64,000 nt of DNA from Camelus dromedarius. Its lineage: Eukaryota. The stretch lies in assembly GCF_036321535.1 (NCBI RefSeq), contig NC_087438.1, forward strand, positions 1,118,001 to 1,182,000, read 5' to 3'. The notes beneath the pieces are model-generated. The model was not told where the DNA came from. It was given only the letters and a program-made list of their open reading frames with translations, and did no database searches. A program made the position numbers and the translations under genes. Positions 23,359-35,369 of the stretch are shown piece after piece (position 1 is the first letter of the stretch; every line of letters starts with the position of its first letter).

Positions 23359-26109
23359 TGATACACTGGTGAGGGAGGTGGATTTCCACGTCCGATGCCC
23401 TGCACCGTGCTGCGAATCTGACCCTGAGCCTGGCTGGTGCGTCGCTGGACGTCATCACGGGGCGAGCCGTGTGAGAGGGAGCAGCGGCAGACTTGACTCT
23501 CGAGCGATTTCACGGCCCGGGGAGCACGCGCATGAAGGCTGGAGGAGACGGATGAGACCTGACACATCCGAGCAGCAGCAGAAGAAGGAGGCGACTTAAT
23601 GGGCTCCTCCAGGACTGCCCCGGGAGGATGGACCGTCCTCGCCCATTAAATATTAACCGGCTCCAGGACGTTCCTGCGGCCGTGCGCCCTGGGCCGGCAG
23701 AGCGCCCAGGAGAGGAGGCCCTGCTCGCTGACCGCTTACAGTCGGCGGCGATCTGGGGAGAGGAGCGGCGTCCAGCCAGCGCCTTCCACCTGCAGCACCC
23801 CAGCGCGGGGACCGTGGGTGTGTCCCGGCTTCTCCGGAAGCCCCATCCCAAAGGGCGCCGCACCCACGGTGGCAGGTCCGTGCAATGGGAGCCGCCCTCG
23901 GCGATTTGCCTCGTGGGCCTGATTCCTGCGGAGTTTCCTGGGAAGGCATGGTAGCGTGTGCAGCCGAGGATGGGGGAGTCGGGAGAGGAGGGGCGCCATG
24001 AGCCTGGACTGGAGAGCCCCGGAGAGGACCCCGCGGGGAGGCACTCTGGGGCGGGTCCCCCTGCAGAGCCGGTGTCTCCCTCAGCCTCCCCTCAGAGGGA
24101 GCGAGGGTGCTGTGGGACCGGGCAGGTGGTTCCCGAGGGCCTGCCCTGCATGTTGGCAATGGGACCAGCTCAGCTTTGCACTGGGTCACCATAAAGCACC
24201 CCCGGCACCTGCCCCTCGAGTTCCAGAAAAGGACATCACGACAGGGGACTCTGACACTCACCCGAGTGCCCGTCTGCCGGGCTCAGGGCTGAGCCACAGC
24301 TCGCAGAGCCCGGGGTTGTGTGTGGAGAGATGGCTGCTACGTTTGGTCTCTGCCCATCGAAGAACCGTCCTTCACCCCTGTCCCAGGGCGAACTTGAGGC
24401 CACACGTTGTGTGCAGCCAGGGACAAGCGCTGGGGCCCTGGTGTCCGTGCGGAGCAGAGCCCCGACCCCGCCGGCACTGCCTTGCGGTTTGGGAGGACGT
24501 CACGTTTTGTGGGGCTGTGTGTCTGTCGGTCAGAGCGGCGAGCCTGCCTCGCGCACACCGAGCGCCTGCGAGGAACGTGGGACTCGAAGCCCCTCCCTGG
24601 CGGAGACTGAGGGGCGCGCGGGGCACGCTGACTGGGACGCGGGGCGAAGGCCGCAGGGAGAGTCTTCACAGAAGCAGCGTGCTTGCTGGGCTGGCCTCCC
24701 CTTTTTAGGGTTTGGGACCTCGGTTCACCTCCTGAAGGCCGGTGTTTACTCCAGGCAGACGGGGCTCTGGCCACACGTGTCTGAGGGTCCGGTGCTCTGA
24801 CAGCAGGGGGCTTCGGGAGCCTGCGGCCATGGGAACGCTTGCAGGGACCCAAGGGAGAGGAAACGGGGATATGTGCCTGTTGGGCAATGAATAGATGCCT
24901 CCTGTCCTTTGAAAAAGAGATTAGCTCAGTCGGAGTCTAGAAGGAACCAAAGTGCTGCTAAGACAAATCTCTGGGTCGAAATGCAGCTGCCGAAACTAAA
25001 GGAAACTAAATCTGAATCATATTCACAGAGCCCAGCCCGGCTTCTGAGGGAGGCCCCGCCCCCACATCCTGGGCGAGTCTGGGCCGCGTTGATGTCAGGA
25101 GGCGGGGATCTGGCCTCGCTCTGCGTGCTGGGAAGGTGGCTTCCCCACCTCCTCCTTGTCCTCCCCACAGGTGGCTGTGCGGTGAGGAGTCATTTTGAAT
25201 TAGGACTCAGCGAAGGGCAGCTCTTCGAGTTGGGCTTGGAGGATTCGGCGGAGTGGGGGCTCCCTGGGTGCATGTCCCGAGTCCCCGGCCTCGTCAGTGT
25301 CGTCTTGTGTGCAGGGTGCAGGTGCTGCCCTCCCCCCCGGCTGGCGGGCCCATGAGACCAAGCCCCACACGCCTGCCGTGAAGTCTCCCGTCTTCCCTGC
25401 TTGGCTCTCGGGGGGGTTTCTAGCGGTGCCTGACGTCTGTTTGCTGGTGCCCTTGGGTCCCCAGTCTCCCGAGTGGTCCGGCTTTGGCTCCCGGGAGCCC
25501 TTCTTCCCCTGCACCGCCCAGCCCCCAGACGCCCAGGGGAACGGGGCTCGGCCTGCGCCGTCGCTGCCCCCTCGCTGGTCTCCTGGTCCCGCAGGTCAGC
25601 ACCTTATTCTTGGGGCTGAGCCCTCCCTGCAGAGCTGCAGAGCGAGCAAGTGGAGGCCAGCAGGCGCGGGCGGCGGCCGGGCCGGCGCGGATGAGCCTGG
25701 AGCTCCTCGTCGCTGTGCCGCCCGCCCCGCGTCATGTCTCCTGGCGCCCCCCTCCTCCGCCTCAAGAGCGCCCAGGTCCCTGTGAGTGGGCAGGCGATCC
25801 CGTCCACCGCTTCTGAGTCCCAAGTGCCTACGACGCTGCTCAGCGCCAGATGAAGGCCCATCGGTGTGCGTGAGTTGTCTGCTCAGCATTTAAGGAAGAC
25901 CTGGCAACACTCAAGTCTGTCCTGCTTTGCAAGCCCGTCTTTTTCAGTCACCAGGGAAGGCTCTGGGCCTGAGACGACCCATTTCTTCTTGGGGCTCCTT
26001 CCCTACGAGGCGTTTCCAGTGGACTTCCACGTGCCAAGGCCCTGCGGCAGCTGCACAGCTCAGGGGATTCTCTGGAGGCCAAACGATAAATGTCAAGACA
26101 CCGAGGTTT

Positions 26110-26385
26110 ACTTTCCTTTGCATACTCTTTTATTGAAGTACAGTCGGTTTACAGAGCTGTGTCAGCACCGTGCTTCAGTCATACGGATGCATACGTCTGT
26201 TCATGTTTATATTCTTTTTCACGCCAGGTTACCACAAGGTATTGAATATAGTTCCCTGTGCTGTACAGTAGGACCTTGTTGTTTATCTACTTTATATATA
26301 GTGCTGTGTGTCTGCAAATCTCGAACTCCCAATTTATCCCTTCCCCACCCTTCCTCCCTGGTAGCCAAGAGTCTGTTTTCTATAT
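26110..26385 (-). mobile_element. 5'-truncated LINE-1 3' UTR with TSD
   Basis: ttttattgaagtacagtcggtttaca...attgaatatagttccctgtgctgtacagtaggaccttgttgtttatc; TSD gacaccgaggttt (26097-26109) / gacactgaggttt (26386-26398). Confidence 0.9.
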
Positions 26386-27977
26386 GACACTGAGGTTTGC
26401 ATCTAAGCTGAGCACAGCCTTTCCCCCACAGTTAACATACTGACAATTAAAACAAGTTCTGCTTTTAAAGAGTTTAGACAATTGTCTGATGGAGACTAAG
26501 ATTAGGATAACGTTTTCTCCATCACTGCCGCTGGGAGTTTGATTTGATAACGCGCTTCGGCTGCTTGCAGTGGGGACAGTAGGGTTTCCATCAGATGGAA
26601 GGTGGGGAGAGAGGGAGGGGAGGGTACTAACTCGCTCCTCCTCCTCCGGGAGCTTCCTTTGCACTGGCGTCCAAGTGTGGGCATGCCTGCCCGAGGGGCC
26701 GAGAGATGGTGAGTCTGCAGTGGGCCGGGAGGGTTGTCTTGGGGTGTGGGCAGGTCTGCGTCCCTCCTCTCGCCCACAGGGAGGCCAGCCTTGTGAGGCT
26801 CTGCAGGGTCCCCAGAGAAAGTCCCCAAGGAGGCAGAGTGCTGTGGGGATGGGGACGCCCAAGTGTGCCTCCTGTGAGCCGGTGCCCTGGAGAGACCGAG
26901 GCATAGAGGAGACATTCCTGCACGGGCAGCCTGTCCCCCAAAGTGTCAGCACGGAGCCCCCGGGGACACCGTCCCCTGGATCTGCGTCGCCCAGGTGAGG
27001 CACTGCTCCAGGTTGGGCAGGTCTCCATCACAGGAGGTGAGCCCTCCGGCCGGGGCAAGGCATGGGGGGGACCCCCCAGGGGAAAGTGTTCACATCCTGC
27101 CGATGTCCTCACCACTGAGCAGGGTTTCCAACCCCGCAGTCCTCGGGCCCCTCACGGCCAGGTGCACCTGCCCGACGCCCGATCGGGCCTCATGGCAACA
27201 GAGAGGCTGCCCCCGCCCCCCGGGCGGCCTGCGAGTCCGGCTGGTGTCTCTGCAGCATCTCCGCTCATGGGGCACTCTGACCCCGCTGTCCCCGGTCGCA
27301 GTGGCTGTCCCACGCCAGCCACGCGGTCGGCTGCCGCCTCTCCAGGCACAGAGCAAGGCCTGGCTGCTTGTTCAGCAGGCCGAGGCCCAGGCTTGTTCCT
27401 CCTAACACGGTCCCGGACAGTGAGCCCCGAGCAGAAAAGCCAGAGCAGGTAGAACAGAAAACGAATTCAGTTCCAAAAAGCCCACCGGTGCTGTGCTGCG
27501 TGGTGTGCGGCTGGCGACAACACTGATCAGGTCTCCGACACGCCGGTGTTTCAGTCACTATTAGTTTTTGCGTTACTTTTTATTGCTTTCACATATTGCA
27601 CTGGAATGTTGTTTATCTCAGTTACGAGTCTCTTTGACGGACCTGACATTTTCTGGCCGAGGCTGGTGCCCGTCATCCTCACCCCGGCTGCAGTCCCGGC
27701 GGCTGGGACTGTGAGGTGCCTGCGAGAAATGTGGCCAGGAAATGCCTGGAGAAAACCAGAAAACGTGGCCGAGGCCTGTAAACATAATTGGAAGAAGTCT
27801 GGGGTGACGCCACCTTCGAGCTTTGCCTCCTTCCTGACACGCGAGCTCGGCACCTCCTGTGCGCAGACTAACCCGCGGACACGCTTTCATGCGCTTGCTA
27901 CCTCCAGCTCAGGCTCTGGCTGTGTTCTGTCGTGATTCCGTCTTGGCTCATTGGGATTCTCTTACTGACGTACGTGT

Positions 27978-29130
27978 ACAAATAAAGATATTGAATCAAT
28001 AACCAAAAAAAAAAACCCTAATGAATGTAAGTCCAGACGGGTGCCTTCATGGTTGAATTCCATCGAACATTAAAGAAGAATTAACACCAGTCATTCTCAG
28101 ACTTTTCTAAAAATACAAGAGGCTGGAGAACTCCCTAGCATGTCTGTGAGGGCATGCCACCCCGGACACCCAGCCGGACAGAAGCGCCAGACAGAAGGGA
28201 AGCTGTTGGCTGCACCCCTCATGAACGCAGAGGGAAATCCTCCACAGGCACCACCCAACGGCGCATTGAGAGGATCAAACACCACGACCGAATGGGATTC
28301 ATCCCAAGAACGTGAGGGCGTTTCAAAACCCCCAAACCAAACAATGTCATACGTCATATTAACAGGATGAAGGGAGCGGAAAGGATAACCTCAATTAATG
28401 CAGAAAAAGCATTTCTAAAGGCCAGTACCTTCCATGACATAAAGACTCAATGACTGGGGGCAGAAGAAAACCCTCTGCGTGAGCTCAAGGGCACCTGCGG
28501 AGGACCCACAGCTGACCCCTCCGAGGCCAGGGACGGGGAGGGAGCCTGTTCCCAGCACCTCGCCTCAGGCTGGACTGGAGGTCCTCTCCAGGGCAGCCAG
28601 GCGAGAAGAAGAAGTGAATGGCGCCCATGCTGAAGAGGGAAAAGCAAAGCTATTTCTACCTGCAGATTACATAACGTTACAGACGAGGCCCCGACATAAC
28701 CCATCCAGAAGTATTTAGAGCTAGTAACTGAGGGGGCAAAACCGAAGGACAGAATCAACACACGACAGCTGTATTTCCACTCCCTGACGGCGGGCGACCT
28801 GCAGATGGAAGTTAACGAGAGCATCAAAAAGCGCACAGGACCCAGGGAGACACTCAGCTGAGCAGGTGCAGGACCCGAACGCCCACAACCACAAAACACT
28901 GCTGAACGAAACTGAAAACAACCTGAGTAAATGGAAGGCAGCCCAGGCTCACGGGCTGGGAGAGCTGGCGCTGTGCAGACGGCTACACCCCGAGGCAGTG
29001 GAGCCGGTCCCCGTCAAGCTCCAGGGGCCTCTGTGTGGGCAGGGGTGGAGACACTGCCCCTAAAGTTCATTTGGAATTTCAAGGAGTGCTGGATAACCAA
29101 AACATTCTTGACAAAGAAGAACAAAGGGAA
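27978..29130 (+). mobile_element. LINE-1 ORF2 relic (reverse transcriptase region), frameshifted
   Basis: aaagaagaattaacaccagtcattctcagacttttc (KEELTP.L..LF), caccacgaccgaatgggattcatccca (HHD.MGFIP), aatgcagaaaaagcattt (DAEKAF), ctaaagttcatttggaat (LKFIWN). Confidence 0.9.
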
Positions 29131-29498
29131 ATAAACGATACACCGACTGGCAAGGAAGAGAGAAAGCCGTCGTCCTTGTTCACAGATTGCATGGTGGTGT
29201 ATGTAGAAAATACGAAAAAATTGAAAAAAACCCTCCTGGAATAGGTGACCACAGCAAGTTTGAAGGACACAAGGCTAATAATATACAATTATGATATAAT
29301 TATATATTAAAAGTCAATTCTTTCCTTTTTTTTTCATTTTTTTTATTGAGTTATAGTCATTTTACAATGTCGTGTCAACAGTTGCTTTCTTATGTATCAG
29401 TGATGAACAAGTGGGATTTGAAATTAAAACCACATTATTTATATTAGCATCTCTCCAAATGAAATATTTAGATATAAATCTAACAAAATATGTGCAAG
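29130..29498 (+). mobile_element. Second LINE-1 RT fragment with a nested short antisense L1 3' tail (~29321-29379)
   Basis: Translates LFTDCMVVYVEN (degenerate L1 LFADDMIVY.EN catalytic motif); interrupted by tttttttattgagttatagtcattttacaatgtcgtgtcaa. Confidence 0.8.
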
Positions 29499-29688
29499 GT
29501 GCGTACGTTAAGTGTAAGTATTTTCCTCAAGGACTTTTGGTTTAGTAAAGCTTGCAGCATAGACAGCGAACAACCAGGTCTTTTAAAATAAGTGTTTCAT
29601 TTGAAGTCCAGCACTAAGTAGAGAACATTTGTTCCATGTAAGTGTACTGAAGAAAGTGGAATTTTGCTTGTGGATATTTTTTTTCTAG

Positions 29689-29791
29689 TTCTGGATGATC
29701 AGACCTTATCCTCAGCCAAAATCCTGTCGCTCCTTGTTGTAATAAGATGCCATCTGATGCCTTCACTGGGAAGCTGCCTCGGCAGTTGAAT
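29689..29791 (+). ncRNA. Candidate internal exon of a spliced non-coding transcript
   Basis: Acceptor ttttttttctag|TT and donor AAT|gtaagt bracket 103 nt; stop codons in all three frames. Confidence 0.35.
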
Positions 29792-29876
29792 GTAAGTTAG
29801 TTTGGAGGCATTAATTAAATCTGCTTTAAATACTTAATCTGATCACTGCTGAAATTAGAAAAAGAGGAATGCTTAC

Positions 29877-29906
29877 TGCATATTGAATGTTTGCATATTG
29901 AATGTT
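29877..29906. repeat. Perfect 15-bp direct duplication
   Basis: tgcatattgaatgtt x2. Confidence 0.9.
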
Positions 29907-30160
29907 AGATCAATTGCAAGCAAACTCTCGCAAAAAAAGTCCATGACTGTAATTCCACTTTCGTGAATGTACTTACGTGGAGCAAATGTTCTTAGTGACG
30001 GGGTGCTTCCTGCGGAGGCGGACGGCGCAACGTGCAGGTTCGCCAGGCGCGGACCCCCGGGCGCCCCTCGGCGGGACCCACCTGATGACCAGCCCTGGCG
30101 TCTCTTCTCTAGCCATGCTTACCCAAACCCTCACTTCCTGTCCCCCGTCTCGGCTTTCAG

Positions 30161-30306
30161 GTGCTGTCAGAGGGACTGTGAGCATAAGCCCAAGTCCCGG
30201 TGACAGTTTAGGAAGGGACCAGGTCGATGACCCAGAGGAGATGGCCCACCAAGCCCCCGAGGTGCCCTCTGATGTGTGGGGGTCCCGCGTTCATTACTAG
30301 CGCTGG
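30161..30306 (+). ncRNA. Candidate internal exon of a spliced non-coding transcript
   Basis: Branch-point-like ccctcac (30128-30134), pyrimidine tract, tttcag|G acceptor and TGG|gtgagt donor; 146 nt. Confidence 0.4.
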
Positions 30307-33300
30307 GTGAGTGTGCGGACCAGAGTGCACGCTTCGGGGAGACCTGGAGTCGCCACTGCTGTCAAAGAAGGCAGAGCATCAGAACAGACTTTAGGGAAAA
30401 CTGAAATCTTTGTTGTCTTTAAGCTGTTAGGTCCCTTAGCCATTTCAGATCCTTTCTGAGTTTCTTAAACATAATAACATATAATACATCTGTATAAAAT
30501 TTGGTACAATTCTTGATGAGATTTTGTTTGATAGCTTAAAGAAAATATATATTCTGTATTCTAATAATTTAAAATTAACTAGAGCAATTGCAATTTAAAA
30601 TTTGAGATATCATAAAGCATTAGACTTCACCTTTTTCAAGTATTTTAGAATGCTATACAAAATTAATATGCTAGAAAGATGGCAGAAAAACAAAGGAAAT
30701 CAGGTTTTCTGTAATTAATGTTCTTAGCTGAAACGGGTATGGAAACCTCTGACTTTGGAAGGTAAACAGAGGGGAGGGTGAGCCCACCTGTTGCCCTCAG
30801 CCAGGAGCATCATCGCAGAGGGGCTCTGGCAGAGCCTTCACCTGTTCTGGTGGGAACGTCAGTGGGCGGGTGAAGATTCTTCAGCCGACAGGGCCTGGTA
30901 CCAGCGCAGTGCTGACGGAGGGGCTGACCTCGGACGCACCCGGTCACGCGCCGGAACCAACGGGCATGCCACCCAGAACCCAGAATTCCCTTCCTTTGTG
31001 AGAAGACGACACTGCTTACCGGCTGGACATCGCCTTTGGTTTACATGAAACTTTACAAAATGTTTCTCTTCCGTATAACTTCACCCCACACCACAGAGAC
31101 AGCTTTGATCAATCAAACCCTGCCCATCCTTGGTGATTCTCGGAGCCTCAGGTCTCCGGCGCCAACTCCAGTTTCAGTCCACGTGGGAAACCTCCTGGGT
31201 TTGTCTTCTCTTCTCAGCCCTGAGGCTTTGCGCAAATAGGGCCACATGCTTCCTGAAGAGGCGCTGATTCTTCTGCGCTCAGCCCTCCGGGCCACGCTCG
31301 TGAAGCAGGGCCCCACGCGCCACCCCCCCCCCCCCCCGGGCCGGCGGTGCCCACACTGTGCCCGTCAACCTCGTAATCGCCCTGCGGGCGGTAAAAGGGT
31401 TTCTGAGAAAAAGATCATTACTAGTGAGATTCTCATTCTGAAAGTCACTTTCAAAACTAACAAAAATAAACGTACGGACAGGGCCCCTCTCGTTACGTAC
31501 CCAGCAATTTGCCTGTAAGCAGTGGTTTGCGCTGCTCGGTCAGGGTCCGGCAGATGAGGAAGCAGCTGAGGCAGAAGCCACCGGGGTGGAGGGCGGGTCT
31601 GCTTGCTGGCCGGAGGGCGTGGAATCCCGAACCCACAGAGGGACCGGCCCAGGCAGTAGGCGGAGTCTGAGCCGAGCACCTGCTCACTGGTGCAGAGGGG
31701 GTCCACGACCCCGCGCTGGGCTGGGTGGACCACCCTGACTGGAAATCTCAGCACGCGTTTACCGTGTAGTCGCCAGGAACTGTGTCTGGTTACTTATCTC
31801 CTGCAGCGGATGTGTCTGTTAGGCACTCGGAGGCCCCGTGGTACTCAGCCGCAAGCTTCTCCCCGTGGAGAAACAGCCTCTGGCAATGGTTAGGGACTGT
31901 CCCTTTGCTGGGAGTTAAATGGGAGGAAACCCCAGAGCAAGGAGGACTTCCTGCCCCTCACTTTTCTTAGGGAAACAAGAGGGCTTTCAAAGGCAGAACC
32001 CTGTCTTGTTCTTTAATCTGTGGTTTCTGATTTCTTTTCATGGAGATGGCATAATTGCATAATGTAAGCAAGAAGGAGTATTTACAAACCTTCCTCTACC
32101 CTATTGTTTGAGGGAAAAAAACCTGGAGGAAATTGAATTTCCATAGGTTCGCCCCGCAGGTAACCTGGGTCTTAATCGTTGCAAATTCAAGCCCTAAAAC
32201 GTGTCGCAAGCAGAACTCAGGCTTTTCCGTGGGGACCGACAAGCAAGCTCCCGTCAGCCCCCGGTGTGGCTGCAGGCCAGCTAAGGTCTCGTCAGAAGGG
32301 AGGCTCTGCGCAGCGGAGCGGGTGGGGGTGTCGGATGAGTAGCTGCGCGGTGGCCCCCGTTGCCTTGTACAGATAAACAGGGAACAGAACAGAGGGAGCG
32401 GGTCTGGTGGCGGCCCCTTACACCAGAGAGGTGGCTGGAAACCACGCGTCGGGAGGCAGGCTCCCCGGACCCTGCTGCGGTGCCGCCGCCAAGTGCAGGG
32501 TGGCCGCGGGCGGTACGGGCCTCTCATGGCCTCCCGCCTGGTTAACTGCCGTACTTGACCCGAATAATCAGGCTGTTTTACATCAGGCAGTTGCTGCCGT
32601 ATAGACGTGGTCGTCACCAAGATGAACCGCCGTCCTGTGACTCGCCTGATGAGAGTGACCGATGTCCAGGCATCAAGAACGGGATAGTGTTTTGCGTGGA
32701 CCAGTCTCACCGAAGCTGCTGGTGCCAGCTGGTGTCACAGAAGTCTTTTCTTCTGAAGCTCCAGCATGTGAGGGCTCAGCGGCTTGTGTGGCGTGTGCCT
32801 GGAGTTACATTTAGAACTCTGACATGCGATCACCTCGCGTCTTTTTTGCTGGTGACGCGGTGCAGTCAGATGTGCCGTCCTCGCGGGCAGCAGGAATCGG
32901 AGGAGTGAGGCTGATCTGTCCCCCAGGGCACAGCGGTCACTCCAGGTGGACTCTACCCATCAGTGCCGTGGGGGTCTGAGTTTCCTCAGGGGCTGCGAAC
33001 CAGGACACACAGCAGCTCCGCAGCTGGCATCTTGGCTGTGTCCCTCCTCCTGTCCTTGGGTGACCCTCCAAGGACCGCAAGCCAACAGCACCTGCTCTCA
33101 GCTGCTCCTGCCCTGCTGGTGCTGGTCGCCTGCCGCCGCTGACGCCGCGGTGTCCGTCTTGAACCAAGTCCTTCGGTGCTTCTCTTGTAACTGTCAACAG
33201 AAAGATGTCCTTCCTTAAAAAGACATTTTTACAGAAAAATAAAACCGACCGATTTACATGATTAGAGTGAATGCTCGATTGGAATTCTTTAATAAAATAA

Positions 33301-34396
33301 AAGCTTTTTGAAACGTAGACATTACTTGAATCTATCCTAACACAACACTGCCAGTGTGGGCTGCGTTACGTCCCCCCCGCCCTTGATAAAAGATGAGGGG
33401 CCCCATCTGTGGAGGGTCTGGGGCAACCACAGGGTGCATGCAACATGCAGACCACACACCCGTCATCCAGTCTTCCTCCCTGAAAAACAGCTTTGTGGGT
33501 TTGAGTCCTCAGCAGTCACACAGGGGTTTAGATAATAACACATATGTAGGCTGCCATTGGCTCATTTTTATTACTTTACTTTCATGAAACATTTGCCTTT
33601 GTATGAAGATGAATTTGGAGAACTCCAGTTATAAAATTGCCCCTGGCGTCTATTTCCAGAGTGTGTTGCTCTTGGTTCTGGATTGTCAGGGCTCATTCTG
33701 GAGGCAGCGTTTGTCCCCCACCCTGTGTGCCGTGCATCCCCGCGTCTCCACAGTAGGATTGGATCTCAGGCCAAGACACACAGCCTGGGACGCTCGGTTC
33801 TGTTGGGGTTGCTGTCTGTGTTTCAATTTAACAGTGTAAGATTAAAAATAAAGAGTGCAAATGATGAGATAGGATGCTTTGCACAATGTTCACACGTGAA
33901 ACATTTTAGTTCATTTCCCTAAGGTCTTTAACTCTGAAGCATGTTCTTTTAAAATTGTTGTTTTAGAACTAGACAGCATGTCAAGAAATAATCACTGCTA
34001 CCTGTTGTCACACGTCTATTACCATTGCTCCTTGTTTGTTACTGAAAGGATCGTGAGGTGTTGAAAGAAGGTGTGAGAATCACCTCCGTGCTGAGCGTGC
34101 CAGGCACACGGCTGTTTGCAGGAAGAGCCTGTTTCTACCCCCAGCCCGCCCCAGACAACACTGGTTGAGTCGCCACAAAGCCCCTCTAGCCCACGAGCGG
34201 ACCCGCACTGATGACCCCAGCCAAGGCGGGGTGACGGGCGTCACGGTCACCACCGCGCGCGAAGGAACTAAAGCCCTGAGGGAGGTCGCCAGCACGCTGG
34301 GCGTCGGGCGACGAGGGCTGGCGTTCTGGGAAGAGAAACAGGTGAGGTGCTCACAGTTACCCACGCTCACTGACCAGGGCTTCCAGGCCGCAGGGC

Positions 34397-34862
34397 GGGG
34401 ACCGGCTGAACTGTTTCCCCCAAAATTTACGTGATGCAACCCGAACTCCCGGCACCTCCAAATATAACTGGATTTGGAGAGAAAGTCTTTAAAGGAGCAT
34501 GAAGTTCAAGTGAGCTCACTGGGCTCATTTTAACTTCATCACAAAGGGCAGGCAGATCGCCTGTCCCGTCACCTGGCTGCAAAGCCTCACATGGTATCAG
34601 GCGGGCCCTGAGCCCGTAGGACTGGTGTCCTTATAAGAAGGGGAGATAAGGACACATACACACTCAGAAGAGAGACCACGTGGGGATGCAGGGAGAAGAC
34701 GGCCGTCTATACATCAAGGGCAGAGGCCTCAGAGGACCCAGTGCTGCGGACACCTTGGTCTTGGACTTCCAGCCTCAGGAACTGGGAGGGAGCTCACTGC
34801 TGCGGTTCAAGCTCCTGGTCCAGGTCTGTGGTGCTTTGCTGTGGTGGCCGGAGCTGACCACA
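34397..34862 (+). mobile_element. MLT1B-like (ERVL-MaLR) solo LTR with a ~75-bp internal insertion
   Basis: ggctgaactgtttcccccaaaattta...gactggtgtccttataagaagggag...ggagaagacggccgtcta...gacaccttggtcttggacttccagcctc...gtctgtggtgctttgctgtgg. Confidence 0.85.
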
Positions 34863-35369
34863 GGTCAGCGGGGGGAGCCCACAGAGATGCTGGCAGATGG
34901 CCTGAGGTGAGGGGACGGGAGACCCGGGAGGCCAGGGCAGCTGATTCACAGGGCAGAGGATGGACGAGGAGAGAGCCGCAGAGGGTGCCCCTGCTGGGCC
35001 GGCGGGGCACTGGGCAGTGCTCACGTGGGGAAACAGCCCAGGAGGACCCAGGGAGCAGCACTCAGAGGTTACAAAGGGCTGGCATCCTGCCTGGGCCATC
35101 ACCACATTGCAGGGCATCAGGCAGAGTGACCGGGGGGCTTTGCTTCAGTGACGGCAGGTTCAGCCGCAGGCTGACAGCCGCTCTAGTGACGCCTGACAGG
35201 GCCTAGAAACACGGCCCCAGAGAGCAGCTGTTTTCAAATAACTACGCCCAGAACGAAGGGCAAGAATGTGTTTGCAGACCTAAAAAGTGTCCAGCACCCA
35301 AAGGATAGAGTTCATCCAACCACAATGGGCAGCTTTGGAGAGATGCAGGAATTGAGAGGAGCGAACAGT

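Noticed and set aside
32096..32910. Compositionally protein-like ORFs (also 43900-44226, 45113-45412, 63110-63286)
   Set aside because: No family similarity I can recognise and no matched splice-site pairs; only a BLASTX hit would revive them.
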